Position numbers and translations under genes: made by a program. This document shows, one piece after another, positions 29,635 to 42,106 of a stretch of 64,000 nt of DNA (the first letter of the stretch is position 1; each line of letters opens with the position of its first letter). Where the stretch lies: sequence record MW679410.1. One strand, given 5' to 3'. The notes beneath the pieces were generated by a model, which was not told where the DNA came from, did no database searches, and saw only the letters and a list, made by a program, of their open reading frames with translations. Source of the DNA: Escherichia phage C6.

Positions 29635-30408
29635 ATGGCTACTTTCGATTCGAGTTTATTCGCTAAGCTAGAAGATAATACTGGCTATGCTAATACGAAC
29701 GAAACTGAAATAATGAACCCTTTCGTCAACTTTTATCGCCATGAGAATACCCAAACATTGGCTGATGCTTTAGTTGCTGAGTCTATTCAAATGCGTGGTA
29801 TTGAGCTTTATTATATACCACGTGAATACGTTAAACCAGACCAGCTATTTGGCGAAGACCTTCAGAACAAATTTACTAAAGCCTGGAAGTTTGCAGGATA
29901 TTTGGATTCCTTTGAAGGTTATTCCGGTGACAATACTTATTTCAGTAAGTTCGGTATGATGGTTAATGATGAAGTAACAATCACAATTAACCCTAACCTT
30001 TTTAAACATCAATGCAATGGCACTGAACCTGTTTCAGGCGACTTGATTTATTTCCCAATGGACAACAGCCTATTCGAAATTAACTGGGTACAACCTTACG
30101 ACCCATTCTATCAAGTGGGTGCTAACGTCCAGCGTCGAATCACTGCTACCAAGTTCATTTACAATGGTGAAGAACTTCGTCCTGAATTACAGAGAAATGA
30201 AGGTATTAATATTCCTGAGTTTAGTGAGCTTGATTTAATGCCTGTTAAGAATATCGACGGGTTGGCTGATATCTCTGACATTCAATACGAAGAGGTCAAT
30301 GAGATTAATGCTGAAGCGGCTGAATTCGTACATCCTTATGTTGTAATTAATGGACGAGGAGAAAATGCTCCTCCTACAGCATTTGATGATGCTTTTTTAG
30401 ATGATTAA
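29635..30408 (+). CDS. 14: gp14 neck protein
   Basis: Size and synteny. Confidence 0.9.
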   Translation: MATFDSSLFAKLEDNTGYANTNETEIMNPFVNFYRHENTQTLADALVAESIQMRGIELYYIPREYVKPDQLFGEDLQNKFTKAWKFAGYLDSFEGYSGDNTYFSKFGMMVNDEVTITINPNLFKHQCNGTEPVSGDLIYFPMDNSLFEINWVQPYDPFYQVGANVQRRITATKFIYNGEELRPELQRNEGINIPEFSELDLMPVKNIDGLADISDIQYEEVNEINAEAAEFVHPYVVINGRGENAPPTAFDDAFLDD

Positions 30409-30446
30409 ATAATACATGGCGCATGGTGCGCCATTTAGGAGGTTTG

Positions 30447-31309
30447 ATGTTTGGACATTGGTATAATAGTTCGCTACGTCGCTATATTGTTTTGATGGGT
30501 GATTTATTTTCCCATGTTCAAGTAGCACGTCAAAGAGAAGATACAGGACTTAAATTTATTAAGGTTCCTATTACGTATGCTTCTAAAGAAAGATTTATGG
30601 CAAATTTGGGTAAATGGACTGCTGTTCAAAATATTCCAAACCCTAATATGTCTCCTAAAGAACGAGCTGAACAAAAAGCTAAAGTGGAAACAGTTCTTCC
30701 ACGTATGAACCTTCAAATGGTTGATATGCTTTATAACTCACAATACAAAACAGCTCTTCAGAACAGAACCCAAATTCAATTTGAGAATGGTGACCCGAGA
30801 AAACGAGTTAGCCAATATTCTCCTACTCCGGTTAAAATGATTTTCGAACTGGGTATTTACACTAGAACCCAAGATGATATGTTCCAAATTGTGGAACAGA
30901 TTATGCCTTATTTCCAACCTCATTTTAATACTACAATTACCGAACTCTATACAAACGAGATTAAATTTGACCGTGATATTCGTATTGTGTTCCAGTCTAT
31001 TGCAATGGACGAACAATTAGAAGGTGATACCTCTTCTCGTCGTCGTTTAGAATGGTCTATGATGTTTGAGGTTAACGGGTGGTTATATCCTCCAGTTAAA
31101 GAAATGGAAGGCGAAATTAAAACCATTTATCTTGATTTCTTTGCTAATTCAAAGGAACTCGCTCCTGAAGGTAATTTCGAATCGGTTGATAGCGAAGTGG
31201 TTCCGAGAAATGTAGAACAAACAGAATGGGATGGAAGCTCCGTTCAAACATATTCACAAGATATTCCAGTGCCTGTCGAGCCCGCGCCTCCAGCACCAAG
31301 GAGAAACCC

Positions 31310-31313
<4 letters not shown>
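30447..31313 (+). CDS. 15: gp15 tail sheath stabiliser / tail terminator
   Basis: Start moved to ATG after GGAGG; synteny. Confidence 0.9.
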
Positions 31314-33620
<2,307 letters not shown>

Positions 33621-33652
33621 ATAACAATAAAGCATAACCAAGAGGATTCAAA

Positions 33653-35635
33653 ATGTCTTTATTATCACCGGGCATTGAGCTCAAAGAAACGTCCGTACAG
33701 AGTACTGTCGTTCGTAACGCAACGGGTCGTGCAGCGCTGGTTGGTAAATTCCAGTGGGGCCCTGCTTTCCAGGTAACTCAAATTACTAACGAAGTTGAAC
33801 TGGTGGATTTGTTTGGAGGTCCTAACAACGAAGTGGCAGATTATTTTATGTCTGGTATGAACTTCCTCCAGTATGGTAACGACCTTCGTACTGTTCGTGT
33901 TGTTAACCGTGAATTCGCTAAAAACGCATCTCCTGTTGCAGGCAATATAGAAACCACTATTACTACGGCTGGTTCTAACTATGCAGTAGGCGATAAAATC
34001 AATATTAAATATAACCAAACTGTAATCGAATCTGAAGGCCGTGTGACTTCTGTAGATACGGATGGTAAAATTCTTTCCGTGTTTATCCCATCAGCAAAAA
34101 TTATTGCTTATGCACGTTCTTTAAACCAGTATCCTACCCTGGGTCCGGCTTGGACGGCTGAAGTTACTTCCGCTTCTTCTGGTGTTTCTGGTACTATTAC
34201 CGTAGGTAAAATTGTTACCGATTCTGGTATTCTTTTGACTGAAGCCGAGAATAGTGAAGAAGCTATTACTTCTCTTGAATTCCAAGCCTCTCTTAAGAAA
34301 TTTGCTATGCCTGGCGTAGTGGCTCTTTATCCAGGCGAAATTGGTTCTACTCTGGAAGTAGAAATCGTTTCCAAAGCAGCTTACGATGCAGGTTCTACTA
34401 AAATGCTGGATATTTATCCGGGTGGTGGTTCTCGTGCTTCTATTGCCAAGGCGGTATTTAATTACGGTCCACAAACAGATGACCAATACGCGATTATTGT
34501 TCGTCGTGATGGCGCTATCGTAGAATCCGTCGTACTTTCTACCAAAGAAGGTGAAAAAGACGTTTACGGTAATAACATTTATCTCGATGACTATTTCGCT
34601 AAAGGCACTTCTAACTATATTTTTGCTACCTCTTTGAACTGGCCTAAAGGCTTCAGTGGTATCATTAATCTGATGGGTGGTGTATCTGCTAACGATCAGG
34701 TTACTGCAGGTGATTTGATGCAGGGTTGGGATTTGTTTGCCGACCGTGAAGCACTCCATATTAACCTTTTGATTGCTGGTGCTGTTGCTGGTGAAGGCGA
34801 TGAAGTTGCTTCTACCGTTCAGAAACACGTGGTGAGCATTGCTGATGAACGTCAAGATTGCTTAGCCTTTATTTCTCCTCCTAAAGGACTGTTGGTTAAC
34901 GTTCCATTGACTCGTGCAGTAGATAACCTTATTGACTGGCGTACAGGTGCAGGTACTTTCGATACCAACAACATGAACATTAGCACCACTTATGCTGCTA
35001 TTGATGGTAACTATAAATATCAGTATGACAAATATAATGACGTAAACCGTTGGGTGCCTCTGGCAGCCGATATGGCCGGTTTGTGTGCGCGTACAGATGA
35101 TGTTTCTCAGCCTTGGATGTCTCCGGCTGGTTATAACCGTGGTCAGATTCTTAACGTTCTGAAATTGGCAATTGAACCGCGCCAAGCTCAACGTGACCGC
35201 ATGTACCAAGAAGCTATTAACCCAGTTGTTGGTTTTGCTGGTGGTGATGGTTTCGTATTGTTTGGTGATAAGACTGCAACTAAAGTTCCATCTCCGATGG
35301 ACCATATTAACGTTCGCCGTCTGTTCAACATGCTTAAGAAAAATATCGGTGATGCCTCTAAATATAAACTGTTTGAATTGAACGACAACTTCACTCGTTC
35401 AAGCTTCCGTATGGAAGTTTCTCAGTACTTAGATGGTATTAAGGCACTTGGTGGGATTTATGAAGGACGTGTGGTTTGCGATACTACAGTGAACACCCCT
35501 GCGGTTATCGACCGTAATGAGTTTATTGCTAATATCTACGTTAAACCGTCGAGATCAATAAATTACATCACGTTGAACTTCGTTGCAACGAGCACTGGTG
35601 CTGATTTTGATGAATTGATTGGACCTTTAGTATAA
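33653..35635 (+). CDS. 18: gp18 tail sheath protein
   Basis: 660 aa; synteny. Confidence 0.95.
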   Translation: MSLLSPGIELKETSVQSTVVRNATGRAALVGKFQWGPAFQVTQITNEVELVDLFGGPNNEVADYFMSGMNFLQYGNDLRTVRVVNREFAKNASPVAGNIETTITTAGSNYAVGDKINIKYNQTVIESEGRVTSVDTDGKILSVFIPSAKIIAYARSLNQYPTLGPAWTAEVTSASSGVSGTITVGKIVTDSGILLTEAENSEEAITSLEFQASLKKFAMPGVVALYPGEIGSTLEVEIVSKAAYDAGSTKMLDIYPGGGSRASIAKAVFNYGPQTDDQYAIIVRRDGAIVESVVLSTKEGEKDVYGNNIYLDDYFAKGTSNYIFATSLNWPKGFSGIINLMGGVSANDQVTAGDLMQGWDLFADREALHINLLIAGAVAGEGDEVASTVQKHVVSIADERQDCLAFISPPKGLLVNVPLTRAVDNLIDWRTGAGTFDTNNMNISTTYAAIDGNYKYQYDKYNDVNRWVPLAADMAGLCARTDDVSQPWMSPAGYNRGQILNVLKLAIEPRQAQRDRMYQEAINPVVGFAGGDGFVLFGDKTATKVPSPMDHINVRRLFNMLKKNIGDASKYKLFELNDNFTRSSFRMEVSQYLDGIKALGGIYEGRVVCDTTVNTPAVIDRNEFIANIYVKPSRSINYITLNFVATSTGADFDELIGPLV

Positions 35636-35760
35636 TCTATTATCCCAGGCTGTAATATAAAGAACCTAAAACTATTATACCATGTGTTTGGTTACAGCGT
35701 ACATCACGTAGAATTGCGCCTGGGATTGATTATTCTTTAGGAATATGATTTATCAACTGT

Positions 35761-35768
35761 TATAAATA
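35761..35768 (+). promoter_or_regulatory. late promoter TATAAATA for gene 19
   Basis: Exact box in 18-19 intergenic region. Confidence 0.6.
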
Positions 35769-35781
35769 AATTAATCAGAAC

Positions 35782-35802
35782 GTTCCTGGTGTGTCCAGGA
35801 AC
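35782..35802 (+). promoter_or_regulatory. 5' UTR hairpin GTTCCTGG-tgtgt-CCAGGAAC between late promoter and gene 19 SD
   Basis: Perfect 8-bp inverted repeat read directly. Confidence 0.4.
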
Positions 35803-35820
35803 TGACTTATGAGGCATCCC

Positions 35821-36312
35821 ATGGAGTTGACAGATATCACTCGTGCATTTGAGTCAGGTGACTTTGCACGCCCTAACCTTTTCGAAGTGGAAATTCCATT
35901 TCTCGGTAAAAACTTTAGCTTTAAATGTAAAGCAGCACCTATGCCGGCAGGCATTGTAGAAAAAGTACCGGTTGGCTACATGAACCGTAAAATTAACGTA
36001 GCTGGTGACCGTACGTTTGATGATTGGACTATTACCATTTATAACGATGATGCACATGACACTCGTCAAGCAATTGTTGATTGGCAGAATCTCTGTCATG
36101 GTATGACCAATGAAATTACGGGTGCAGCACCTGCAGAATATAAGAAACAAGCAGTAGTTCGCCAGTTCCATCGTGACGGCAAGACTGTGACCAAAGAAGT
36201 TACAATTTACGGCTTATGGCCTACTAACGTTGGTGAAGTCCAGATGGATTGGGATTCAAACAACGAAGTTGAAACGTTTGAAAGTACGTTCGCTATCGAT
36301 TGGTGGGAATGA
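35821..36312 (+). CDS. 19: gp19 tail tube protein
   Basis: 163-aa product from ATG 35821 closely matches recalled T4 gp19. Confidence 0.95.
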   Translation: MELTDITRAFESGDFARPNLFEVEIPFLGKNFSFKCKAAPMPAGIVEKVPVGYMNRKINVAGDRTFDDWTITIYNDDAHDTRQAIVDWQNLCHGMTNEITGAAPAEYKKQAVVRQFHRDGKTVTKEVTIYGLWPTNVGEVQMDWDSNNEVETFESTFAIDWWE

Positions 36313-36313
36313 G

Positions 36314-36321
36314 TATAAATA
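36314..36321 (+). promoter_or_regulatory. late promoter TATAAATA for gene 20
   Basis: Exact box upstream of ATG 36370. Confidence 0.6.
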
Positions 36322-36369
36322 GAATTATCAAGGAGCTTCGGCTCCTTATCCCATTCATCGGAGACTCTA

Positions 36370-37944
36370 ATGGCAAACTTTAATACAATATTAAGTTTTC
36401 TTAAGCCATGGGCTAATGAAGACGAAAAAGAATATAAACAACAAATTAATAACAATTTAGAGTCTGTCACCGCACCTAAGCTTGATGATGGCGCTCGCGA
36501 AATTGAGACACAAGAGCAAAATATTCCTTATAATGCTCTTATGCAACAGATGTTTGGTAGTAATGAGCCTGAAGTTAAAAATACCAGGGAACTTATTGAT
36601 ACCTACCGTAATTTAATGAATAACTATGAAGTCGACAACGCCGTACAGGAAATTGTGTCTGATGCTATTGTCTATGAGGATGATAAAGAAGTAGTTGCAT
36701 TGAATTTAGACGGGACAGAATTTAGTCAAGCAATTAAAGATAAAATCTTGGCCGAATTCAGTGAAGTTTTAAACCTTTTAAATTTCCAACGTAAAGGCAC
36801 TGACCATTTCCAACGCTGGTATGTAGACTCAAGAATTTTCTTTCATAAAATTATAAACCCTAAAAAAATGAAAGAGGGCGTACAAGAGCTTCGTCGCTTG
36901 GACCCACGCCAAGTCCAATATATTCGTGAAATCGTTACACGTATGGAAGACGGTGTTAAAATTGTAGACGGATATCGTGAGTTTTTCGTTTACGACACAG
37001 GTCATGAAAGCTATTGCGCAGATGGACGCATTTATTCAGCTGGGACTAAAGTTAAAATTCCTCGTGCTGCTGTGGTTTATGCCCATTCAGGATTATTAGA
37101 TTGTTGTGGTAAAAACATCATTGGCTATTTGCAACGTGCTATTAAGCCTGCAAACCAGCTTAAATTGATGGAAGATGCAATGGTCATCTACCGTATTACA
37201 CGTGCTCCTGACCGTCGTGTGTTTTATATCGATACAGGTAATATGCCTTCACGTAAGGCTGCAGCACAAATGCAACATATCATGAACACGATGAAAAACC
37301 GTGTGGTGTATGATGCTTCGACAGGTAAAATTAAAAACCAACAACACAATATGTCCATGACTGAAGACTATTGGTTGCAACGTCGTGACGGTAAAGCGGT
37401 AACAGAAGTTGATACAATGCCAGGTGCTACTGGTATGAGTGATATGGATGACGTTCTTTATTTCCGCACAGCACTTTATCGTGCGCTGCGTGTTCCTGAA
37501 TCACGTATCCCTAGCGAGTCTAATTCTGGTGTTATGTTTGATGCCGGTACAGCAATCACTCGTGACGAATTAAAATTCTCTAAATGGATTCGTCAGCTAC
37601 AAAACAAATTTGAAGAAATTTTCCTAGACCCATTAAAAACAAACCTCATTCTTAAAAAGATTATTACAGAAGATGAGTGGGAAAAGGAAATAAATAATAT
37701 TAAAGTTACGTTTAACCGTGATAGCTATTTCAGTGAAATGAAAGATGCTGAAATCATGGAACGCAGAATCAATATGCTAACGATGGCTGAACCATTTATT
37801 GGTAAGTACATTTCACATCAAACGGCTATGAAAGATTTCCTCCAAATGACTGACGAAGAAATTAATCAAGAAGCTAAGCAAATTGAAGAAGAGTCTAAAG
37901 AGGCTCGTTTCCAAAACCCAGATGAAGAAGAAGAGGATTTCTAA
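36370..37944 (+). CDS. 20: gp20 portal vertex protein
   Basis: 524 aa; synteny. Confidence 0.95.
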   Translation: MANFNTILSFLKPWANEDEKEYKQQINNNLESVTAPKLDDGAREIETQEQNIPYNALMQQMFGSNEPEVKNTRELIDTYRNLMNNYEVDNAVQEIVSDAIVYEDDKEVVALNLDGTEFSQAIKDKILAEFSEVLNLLNFQRKGTDHFQRWYVDSRIFFHKIINPKKMKEGVQELRRLDPRQVQYIREIVTRMEDGVKIVDGYREFFVYDTGHESYCADGRIYSAGTKVKIPRAAVVYAHSGLLDCCGKNIIGYLQRAIKPANQLKLMEDAMVIYRITRAPDRRVFYIDTGNMPSRKAAAQMQHIMNTMKNRVVYDASTGKIKNQQHNMSMTEDYWLQRRDGKAVTEVDTMPGATGMSDMDDVLYFRTALYRALRVPESRIPSESNSGVMFDAGTAITRDELKFSKWIRQLQNKFEEIFLDPLKTNLILKKIITEDEWEKEINNIKVTFNRDSYFSEMKDAEIMERRINMLTMAEPFIGKYISHQTAMKDFLQMTDEEINQEAKQIEEESKEARFQNPDEEEEDF

Positions 37945-38198
37945 TGGAAGATTTAATCGAAGCTATTAAATCAAACGACCTCGTAGCAGTTCGTAAAGCA
38001 GCAGCCCCGCTTATCGAATCTCGAGTAGCCGCTTTGATTGAAGCCCGTAAAGCAGAAATTGCTCGCTCCGTTATGATTGAAGGCGAAGAAGCTGACGAAG
38101 ATGACGAAGACGAAGATGACAAAAAATCCGATAAAGCAGATAAGAAAGACAAAAAAGAATCTGACGATGCGGATGATGACGACGAGGACGATGAATAA
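37944..38198 (+). CDS. 67: gp67 prohead core protein (acidic C-terminus)
   Basis: Size and synteny. Confidence 0.85.
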   Translation: MEDLIEAIKSNDLVAVRKAAAPLIESRVAALIEARKAEIARSVMIEGEEADEDDEDEDDKKSDKADKKDKKESDDADDDDEDDE

Positions 38199-38626
38199 TG
38201 TTCCTTATCCCTGATGATTACGAATTAACTCTAGAAAGCGTAGAGGCCAAAATTCCAGAAGCACAGGGACGTTTTGCTGCTCTTTCTGAAGCGCTAGAGA
38301 AAAGCGATATAAATAATCTTGTAGAGAACATGATTGCTGAAGGCGATATCGAATGTGCTATCGCTCTTGGTTCTTTAAATGAATCAATGGCTCTTAACGA
38401 ATTTATCGTTAAACACGTTTCCTCTAAAGGTGTGCTTACTCGTACTAAAGATATTAAAACCCGTCAACGTAACGCATTCCAAACGACCGGGTTATCTAAA
38501 GCAAAGCGTCGTCAGATTGCTCGTAAAGCATCTAAAACCAAACGTGCTAATCCATCTACTCAAGTACGTGCCGAACGTAAGCGTAAGAAAGCCCGTTCTA
38601 AACGTAAAGCTTTTGGACTTAACTAA
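38198..38626 (+). CDS. 68: gp68 prohead core protein
   Basis: Size and synteny. Confidence 0.85.
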   Translation: MFLIPDDYELTLESVEAKIPEAQGRFAALSEALEKSDINNLVENMIAEGDIECAIALGSLNESMALNEFIVKHVSSKGVLTRTKDIKTRQRNAFQTTGLSKAKRRQIARKASKTKRANPSTQVRAERKRKKARSKRKAFGLN

Positions 38627-39261
38627 TGAAACCTGAATTGCTCATCGAACATTGGGGACAACCAGGTGAAATTATCGATGGGGTTCCTATGTTGGAATCT
38701 CATGATGGAAAAAATTCTGGGCTTGCTCCCGGCCTTTATATAGAAGGCATTTTCATGCAAGCAGAGGTAGTTAACCGTAATAAACGCCTTTACCCAAAAC
38801 CTATTTTGGAAAAAGCCGTTGCCGATTATATGGCGGAACAGGTTGCTACTAAACAAGCTTTAGGAGAATTAAACCACCCACCTCGTGCTAACGTTGACCC
38901 TATGCAAGCCGCTATTATTATTGAAGATATGTGGTGGAAAGGTAATGATGTTTATGGACGTGCACGTATCATCGAAGGTGACCATGGCCCAGGTGATAAA
39001 CTAGCTGCAAATATCCGAGCAGGTTGGGTTCCTGGTGTTAGTTCTCGTGGTCTTGGTTCTTTAACCGAAACCAACAAAGGATATAAGCGTGTAAACGAAG
39101 GTTATAAATTAACCGTCGGTGTTGATGCAGTATGGGGACCATCTGCTCCTGATGCTTATGTAACTCCAAAGCAAATTACAGAATCACAAACGGTAGAAAC
39201 CGATACCAGTGCCGATGACGCCTTTATGGCTCTCGCAGAGGCCATGAAAAAAGCGTTATAA
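38626..39261 (+). CDS. 21: gp21 prohead core scaffold / prohead protease
   Basis: Size and synteny. Confidence 0.9.
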   Translation: MKPELLIEHWGQPGEIIDGVPMLESHDGKNSGLAPGLYIEGIFMQAEVVNRNKRLYPKPILEKAVADYMAEQVATKQALGELNHPPRANVDPMQAAIIIEDMWWKGNDVYGRARIIEGDHGPGDKLAANIRAGWVPGVSSRGLGSLTETNKGYKRVNEGYKLTVGVDAVWGPSAPDAYVTPKQITESQTVETDTSADDAFMALAEAMKKAL

Positions 39262-39264
39262 ATA
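39257..39264 (+). promoter_or_regulatory. late promoter TATAAATA for gene 22, overlapping gp21 stop
   Basis: Exact box. Confidence 0.55.
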
Positions 39265-39291
39265 TTATTATCTAAACAACAGGACTACAAA

Positions 39292-40107
39292 ATGCTTAAA
39301 GAACAACTGATCGCCGAAGCACAGAATATTGATGCTTCCGTTGCTCTTGACAGTATTTTCGAATCAGTTAATATTTCTCCGGAAGCAAAAGAAACTTTCG
39401 GCACTGTATTCGAAGCTACCGTCAAGCAACACGCCGTGAAACTGGCTGAATCTCACATCGCTAAAATCGCTGAAAAAGCGGAAGAAGAAGTCGAGAAAAA
39501 TAAAGAAGAAGCTGAAGAAAAAGCCGATAAGAAAATCCAAGAAGCTGCCGGTCGTTTCCTTGACCACGTTGCTAAAGAATGGATGGCTGAAAACCAGCTG
39601 GCTGTTGATAAAGGTATTAAAGCCGAACTGTTCGAATCCATGTTGATGGGTATGAAAGAACTGTTTGTTGAACACAATGTGGTTGTTCCAGAAGAAGCAG
39701 TAGATGTTGTTGCTGAAATGGAAGAAGAGCTCCAAGAGCAGAAAGATGAAACCGCTCGTCTGTTCGAAGAAGTTGGTAAGCGCGATGCGTATATTAATTA
39801 CGTACAGCGTGAAGTTGCTGTTACGGAAGCAACTAAAGACCTGACTGAATCTCAAAAAGAAAAAGTTAGTTCTCTGGTAGAAGGCATGGATTATTCCGAT
39901 GCATTCGGTAAAAAAATTGGCGCTATTGTTGAAATGGTTAAAGGTCAGTCCGACGTTGAAAACCCAATCACCGAAGCCGCTATAAATAAAAATGTAGACG
40001 ATGCTGCGGCACTGAATTACATTTCAGAAGCAGTTGAAGAAAAAGGCGCTAAGCCTACCCTGTCCTTCGCGGACCTGTCTGCAATCGCAGCATCACGAAT
40101 TTCTTAA
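39292..40107 (+). CDS. 22: gp22 prohead core scaffolding protein
   Basis: Acidic coiled-coil; synteny. Confidence 0.9.
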   Translation: MLKEQLIAEAQNIDASVALDSIFESVNISPEAKETFGTVFEATVKQHAVKLAESHIAKIAEKAEEEVEKNKEEAEEKADKKIQEAAGRFLDHVAKEWMAENQLAVDKGIKAELFESMLMGMKELFVEHNVVVPEEAVDVVAEMEEELQEQKDETARLFEEVGKRDAYINYVQREVAVTEATKDLTESQKEKVSSLVEGMDYSDAFGKKIGAIVEMVKGQSDVENPITEAAINKNVDDAAALNYISEAVEEKGAKPTLSFADLSAIAASRIS

Positions 40108-40128
40108 TTTAATAAGGTTATACAACAC

Positions 40129-41688
40129 ATGAAAAAGAATGCATTAGTTCAAAAATGGTCCGCTCTGCTGGAAAACGAAGCCCTTCCTGAAATCGTGGGT
40201 GCTTCTAAACAAGCTATCATCGCTAAAATTTTCGAAAATCAGGAACAAGACATCCTGACTGCCCCGGAATACCGTGATGAAAAAATCTCCGAAGCATTTG
40301 GTTCTTTCCTGACCGAAGCTGAAATTGGTGGTGACCACGGTTATGATGCTACCAATATCGCAGCTGGCCAGACTTCTGGTGCTGTAACTCAGATTGGGCC
40401 GGCAGTAATGGGTATGGTTCGTCGTGCTATTCCTCATCTGATTGCTTTTGATATTTGTGGTGTTCAGCCTCTGAATAACCCTACCGGCCAGGTATTTGCC
40501 CTGCGCGCAGTTTATGGTAAAGACCCTATTGCTGCTGGCGCTAAAGAAGCTTTCCATCCGATGTATGCTCCGAACGCTATGTTCTCTGGTCAGGGCGCTG
40601 CTCAGACTTTTGAAGCACTGGCTGCAAGCAAAGTTCTGGAAGTTGGTAAAATTTATTCCCACTTCTTCGAAGCTACCGGTTCTGCACACTTCCAGGCTGT
40701 TGAAGCTGTAACCGTTGATGCAGGCGCTACTGATGCCGCTAAACTGGATGCTGCTGTTACCGCTTTGATTGAAGCTGGTCAGTTGGCTGAATTGGCTGAA
40801 GGTATGGCTACTTCTATCGCTGAACTTCAGGAAGGTTTTAACGGTTCCCAGGATAACCCGTGGAACGAAATGGGCTTCCGTATCGACAAACAAGTTATCG
40901 AAGCTAAATCCCGTCAGCTGAAAGCAAGCTACTCTATCGAACTGGCACAGGACCTTCGTGCAGTACACGGTATGGATGCAGATGCTGAACTGTCCGGTAT
41001 CCTTGCTACCGAAATTATGCTCGAAATCAACCGTGAAGTTATCGATTGGATTAACTACTCTGCACAGGTTGGTAAATCTGGTATGACCAACACCGTTGGC
41101 GCTAAAGCTGGTGTGTTTGACTTCCAGGACCCGATTGATATCCGTGGTGCTCGTTGGGCCGGTGAGAGCTTTAAAGCCCTTCTGTTCCAGATTGATAAAG
41201 AAGCAGCCGAAATCGCTCGTCAGACCGGTCGTGGTGCTGGTAACTTCATCATCGCTTCCCGTAACGTAGTTAACGTACTGGCTGCAGTTGATACTTCTGT
41301 AAGTTATGCAGCTCAAGGTCTGGGTCAAGGTTTCAACGTTGACACAACCAAAGCAGTATTTGCCGGTGTTCTTGGTGGTAAATATCGCGTTTACATCGAC
41401 CAGTATGCACGTTCCGATTACTTCACCATCGGTTATAAAGGCGCTAACGAAATGGACGCAGGTATCTACTATGCTCCGTACGTTGCACTGACCCCGCTGC
41501 GTGGTTCCGATCCGAAGAACTTCCAACCGGTAATGGGCTTCAAAACTCGTTACGGTATCGGTATCAACCCGTTTGCTGACCCGTCTGCACAGGCTCCTAC
41601 CAAACGTATTCAGAGCGGTATGCCTGACATCGTTAACAGCCTTGGTCTGAATGGTTACTTCCGTCGCGTATATGTTAAAGGTATCTAA
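40129..41688 (+). CDS. 23: gp23 major capsid protein
   Basis: Strong similarity to recalled T4 gp23. Confidence 0.97.
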   Translation: MKKNALVQKWSALLENEALPEIVGASKQAIIAKIFENQEQDILTAPEYRDEKISEAFGSFLTEAEIGGDHGYDATNIAAGQTSGAVTQIGPAVMGMVRRAIPHLIAFDICGVQPLNNPTGQVFALRAVYGKDPIAAGAKEAFHPMYAPNAMFSGQGAAQTFEALAASKVLEVGKIYSHFFEATGSAHFQAVEAVTVDAGATDAAKLDAAVTALIEAGQLAELAEGMATSIAELQEGFNGSQDNPWNEMGFRIDKQVIEAKSRQLKASYSIELAQDLRAVHGMDADAELSGILATEIMLEINREVIDWINYSAQVGKSGMTNTVGAKAGVFDFQDPIDIRGARWAGESFKALLFQIDKEAAEIARQTGRGAGNFIIASRNVVNVLAAVDTSVSYAAQGLGQGFNVDTTKAVFAGVLGGKYRVYIDQYARSDYFTIGYKGANEMDAGIYYAPYVALTPLRGSDPKNFQPVMGFKTRYGIGINPFADPSAQAPTKRIQSGMPDIVNSLGLNGYFRRVYVKGI

Positions 41689-41704
41689 GATATAACCTTA
41701 TTAT

Positions 41705-41722
41705 GGGAGACTTCGGTCTCCC
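41705..41722 (+). terminator. hairpin GGGAGACUUCGGUCUCCC + U-rich after gene 23
   Basis: Read directly. Confidence 0.55.
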
Positions 41723-41737
41723 ATTCTTGTTTCTGTA

Positions 41738-42004
41738 CTATGCAATCTTAACTCGACGATTGATGATATCACGGAAGTCAATACGATTTTCTTGGATTTT
41801 CAGCCAGTTACCAGATTTGTCTTTGGTATGGGTAGAGTATTCACCGTTCCACCAGAAGTCAGTTTCATAAGCTAGGGCTTCGTATTTCTTAACCAATGCA
41901 TTAACTGCATTACCGTTAGGATTGGTACCAAATTTTTCTACCAGAGCTTTGATGTCTTTGTCAAGGTTAGAAAGTGTAGTACGGATAAAGTTTAATTTGT
42001 TCAT
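41738..42004 (-). CDS. hypothetical protein (88 aa) antisense-oriented between genes 23 and 24
   Basis: ORF track trimmed to ATG 42004 with GAGGAG SD; own early-type promoter upstream. Confidence 0.5.
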   Translation of the reverse strand: MNKLNFIRTTLSNLDKDIKALVEKFGTNPNGNAVNALVKKYEALAYETDFWWNGEYSTHTKDKSGNWLKIQENRIDFRDIINRRVKIA

Positions 42005-42033
42005 TTTTAATCTCCTCATGTTTTGATAGGTCT

Positions 42034-42063
42034 ATAGTAACACGACGCTTTTTGTGTGTAAAC
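42034..42063 (-). promoter_or_regulatory. early-type promoter GTTTAC -N18- TACTAT
   Basis: Motif on minus strand. Confidence 0.45.
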
Positions 42064-42069
42064 CACTTT

Positions 42070-42077
42070 TATAAATA
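42070..42077 (+). promoter_or_regulatory. late promoter TATAAATA for gene 24
   Basis: Exact box upstream of ATG 42107. Confidence 0.6.
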
Positions 42078-42106
42078 AAATTATATTCTCAATAAGGAAA
42101 ATAGCA

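Noticed and set aside
34121-35305. Minus-strand ORFs (244 and 147 aa) inside gene 18
   Set aside because: Antisense shadows within tail sheath gene.
40144-41526. 460-aa minus-strand ORF inside the major capsid gene
   Set aside because: Antisense shadow of gene 23 (high-confidence plus-strand gene); no SD, no promoter.
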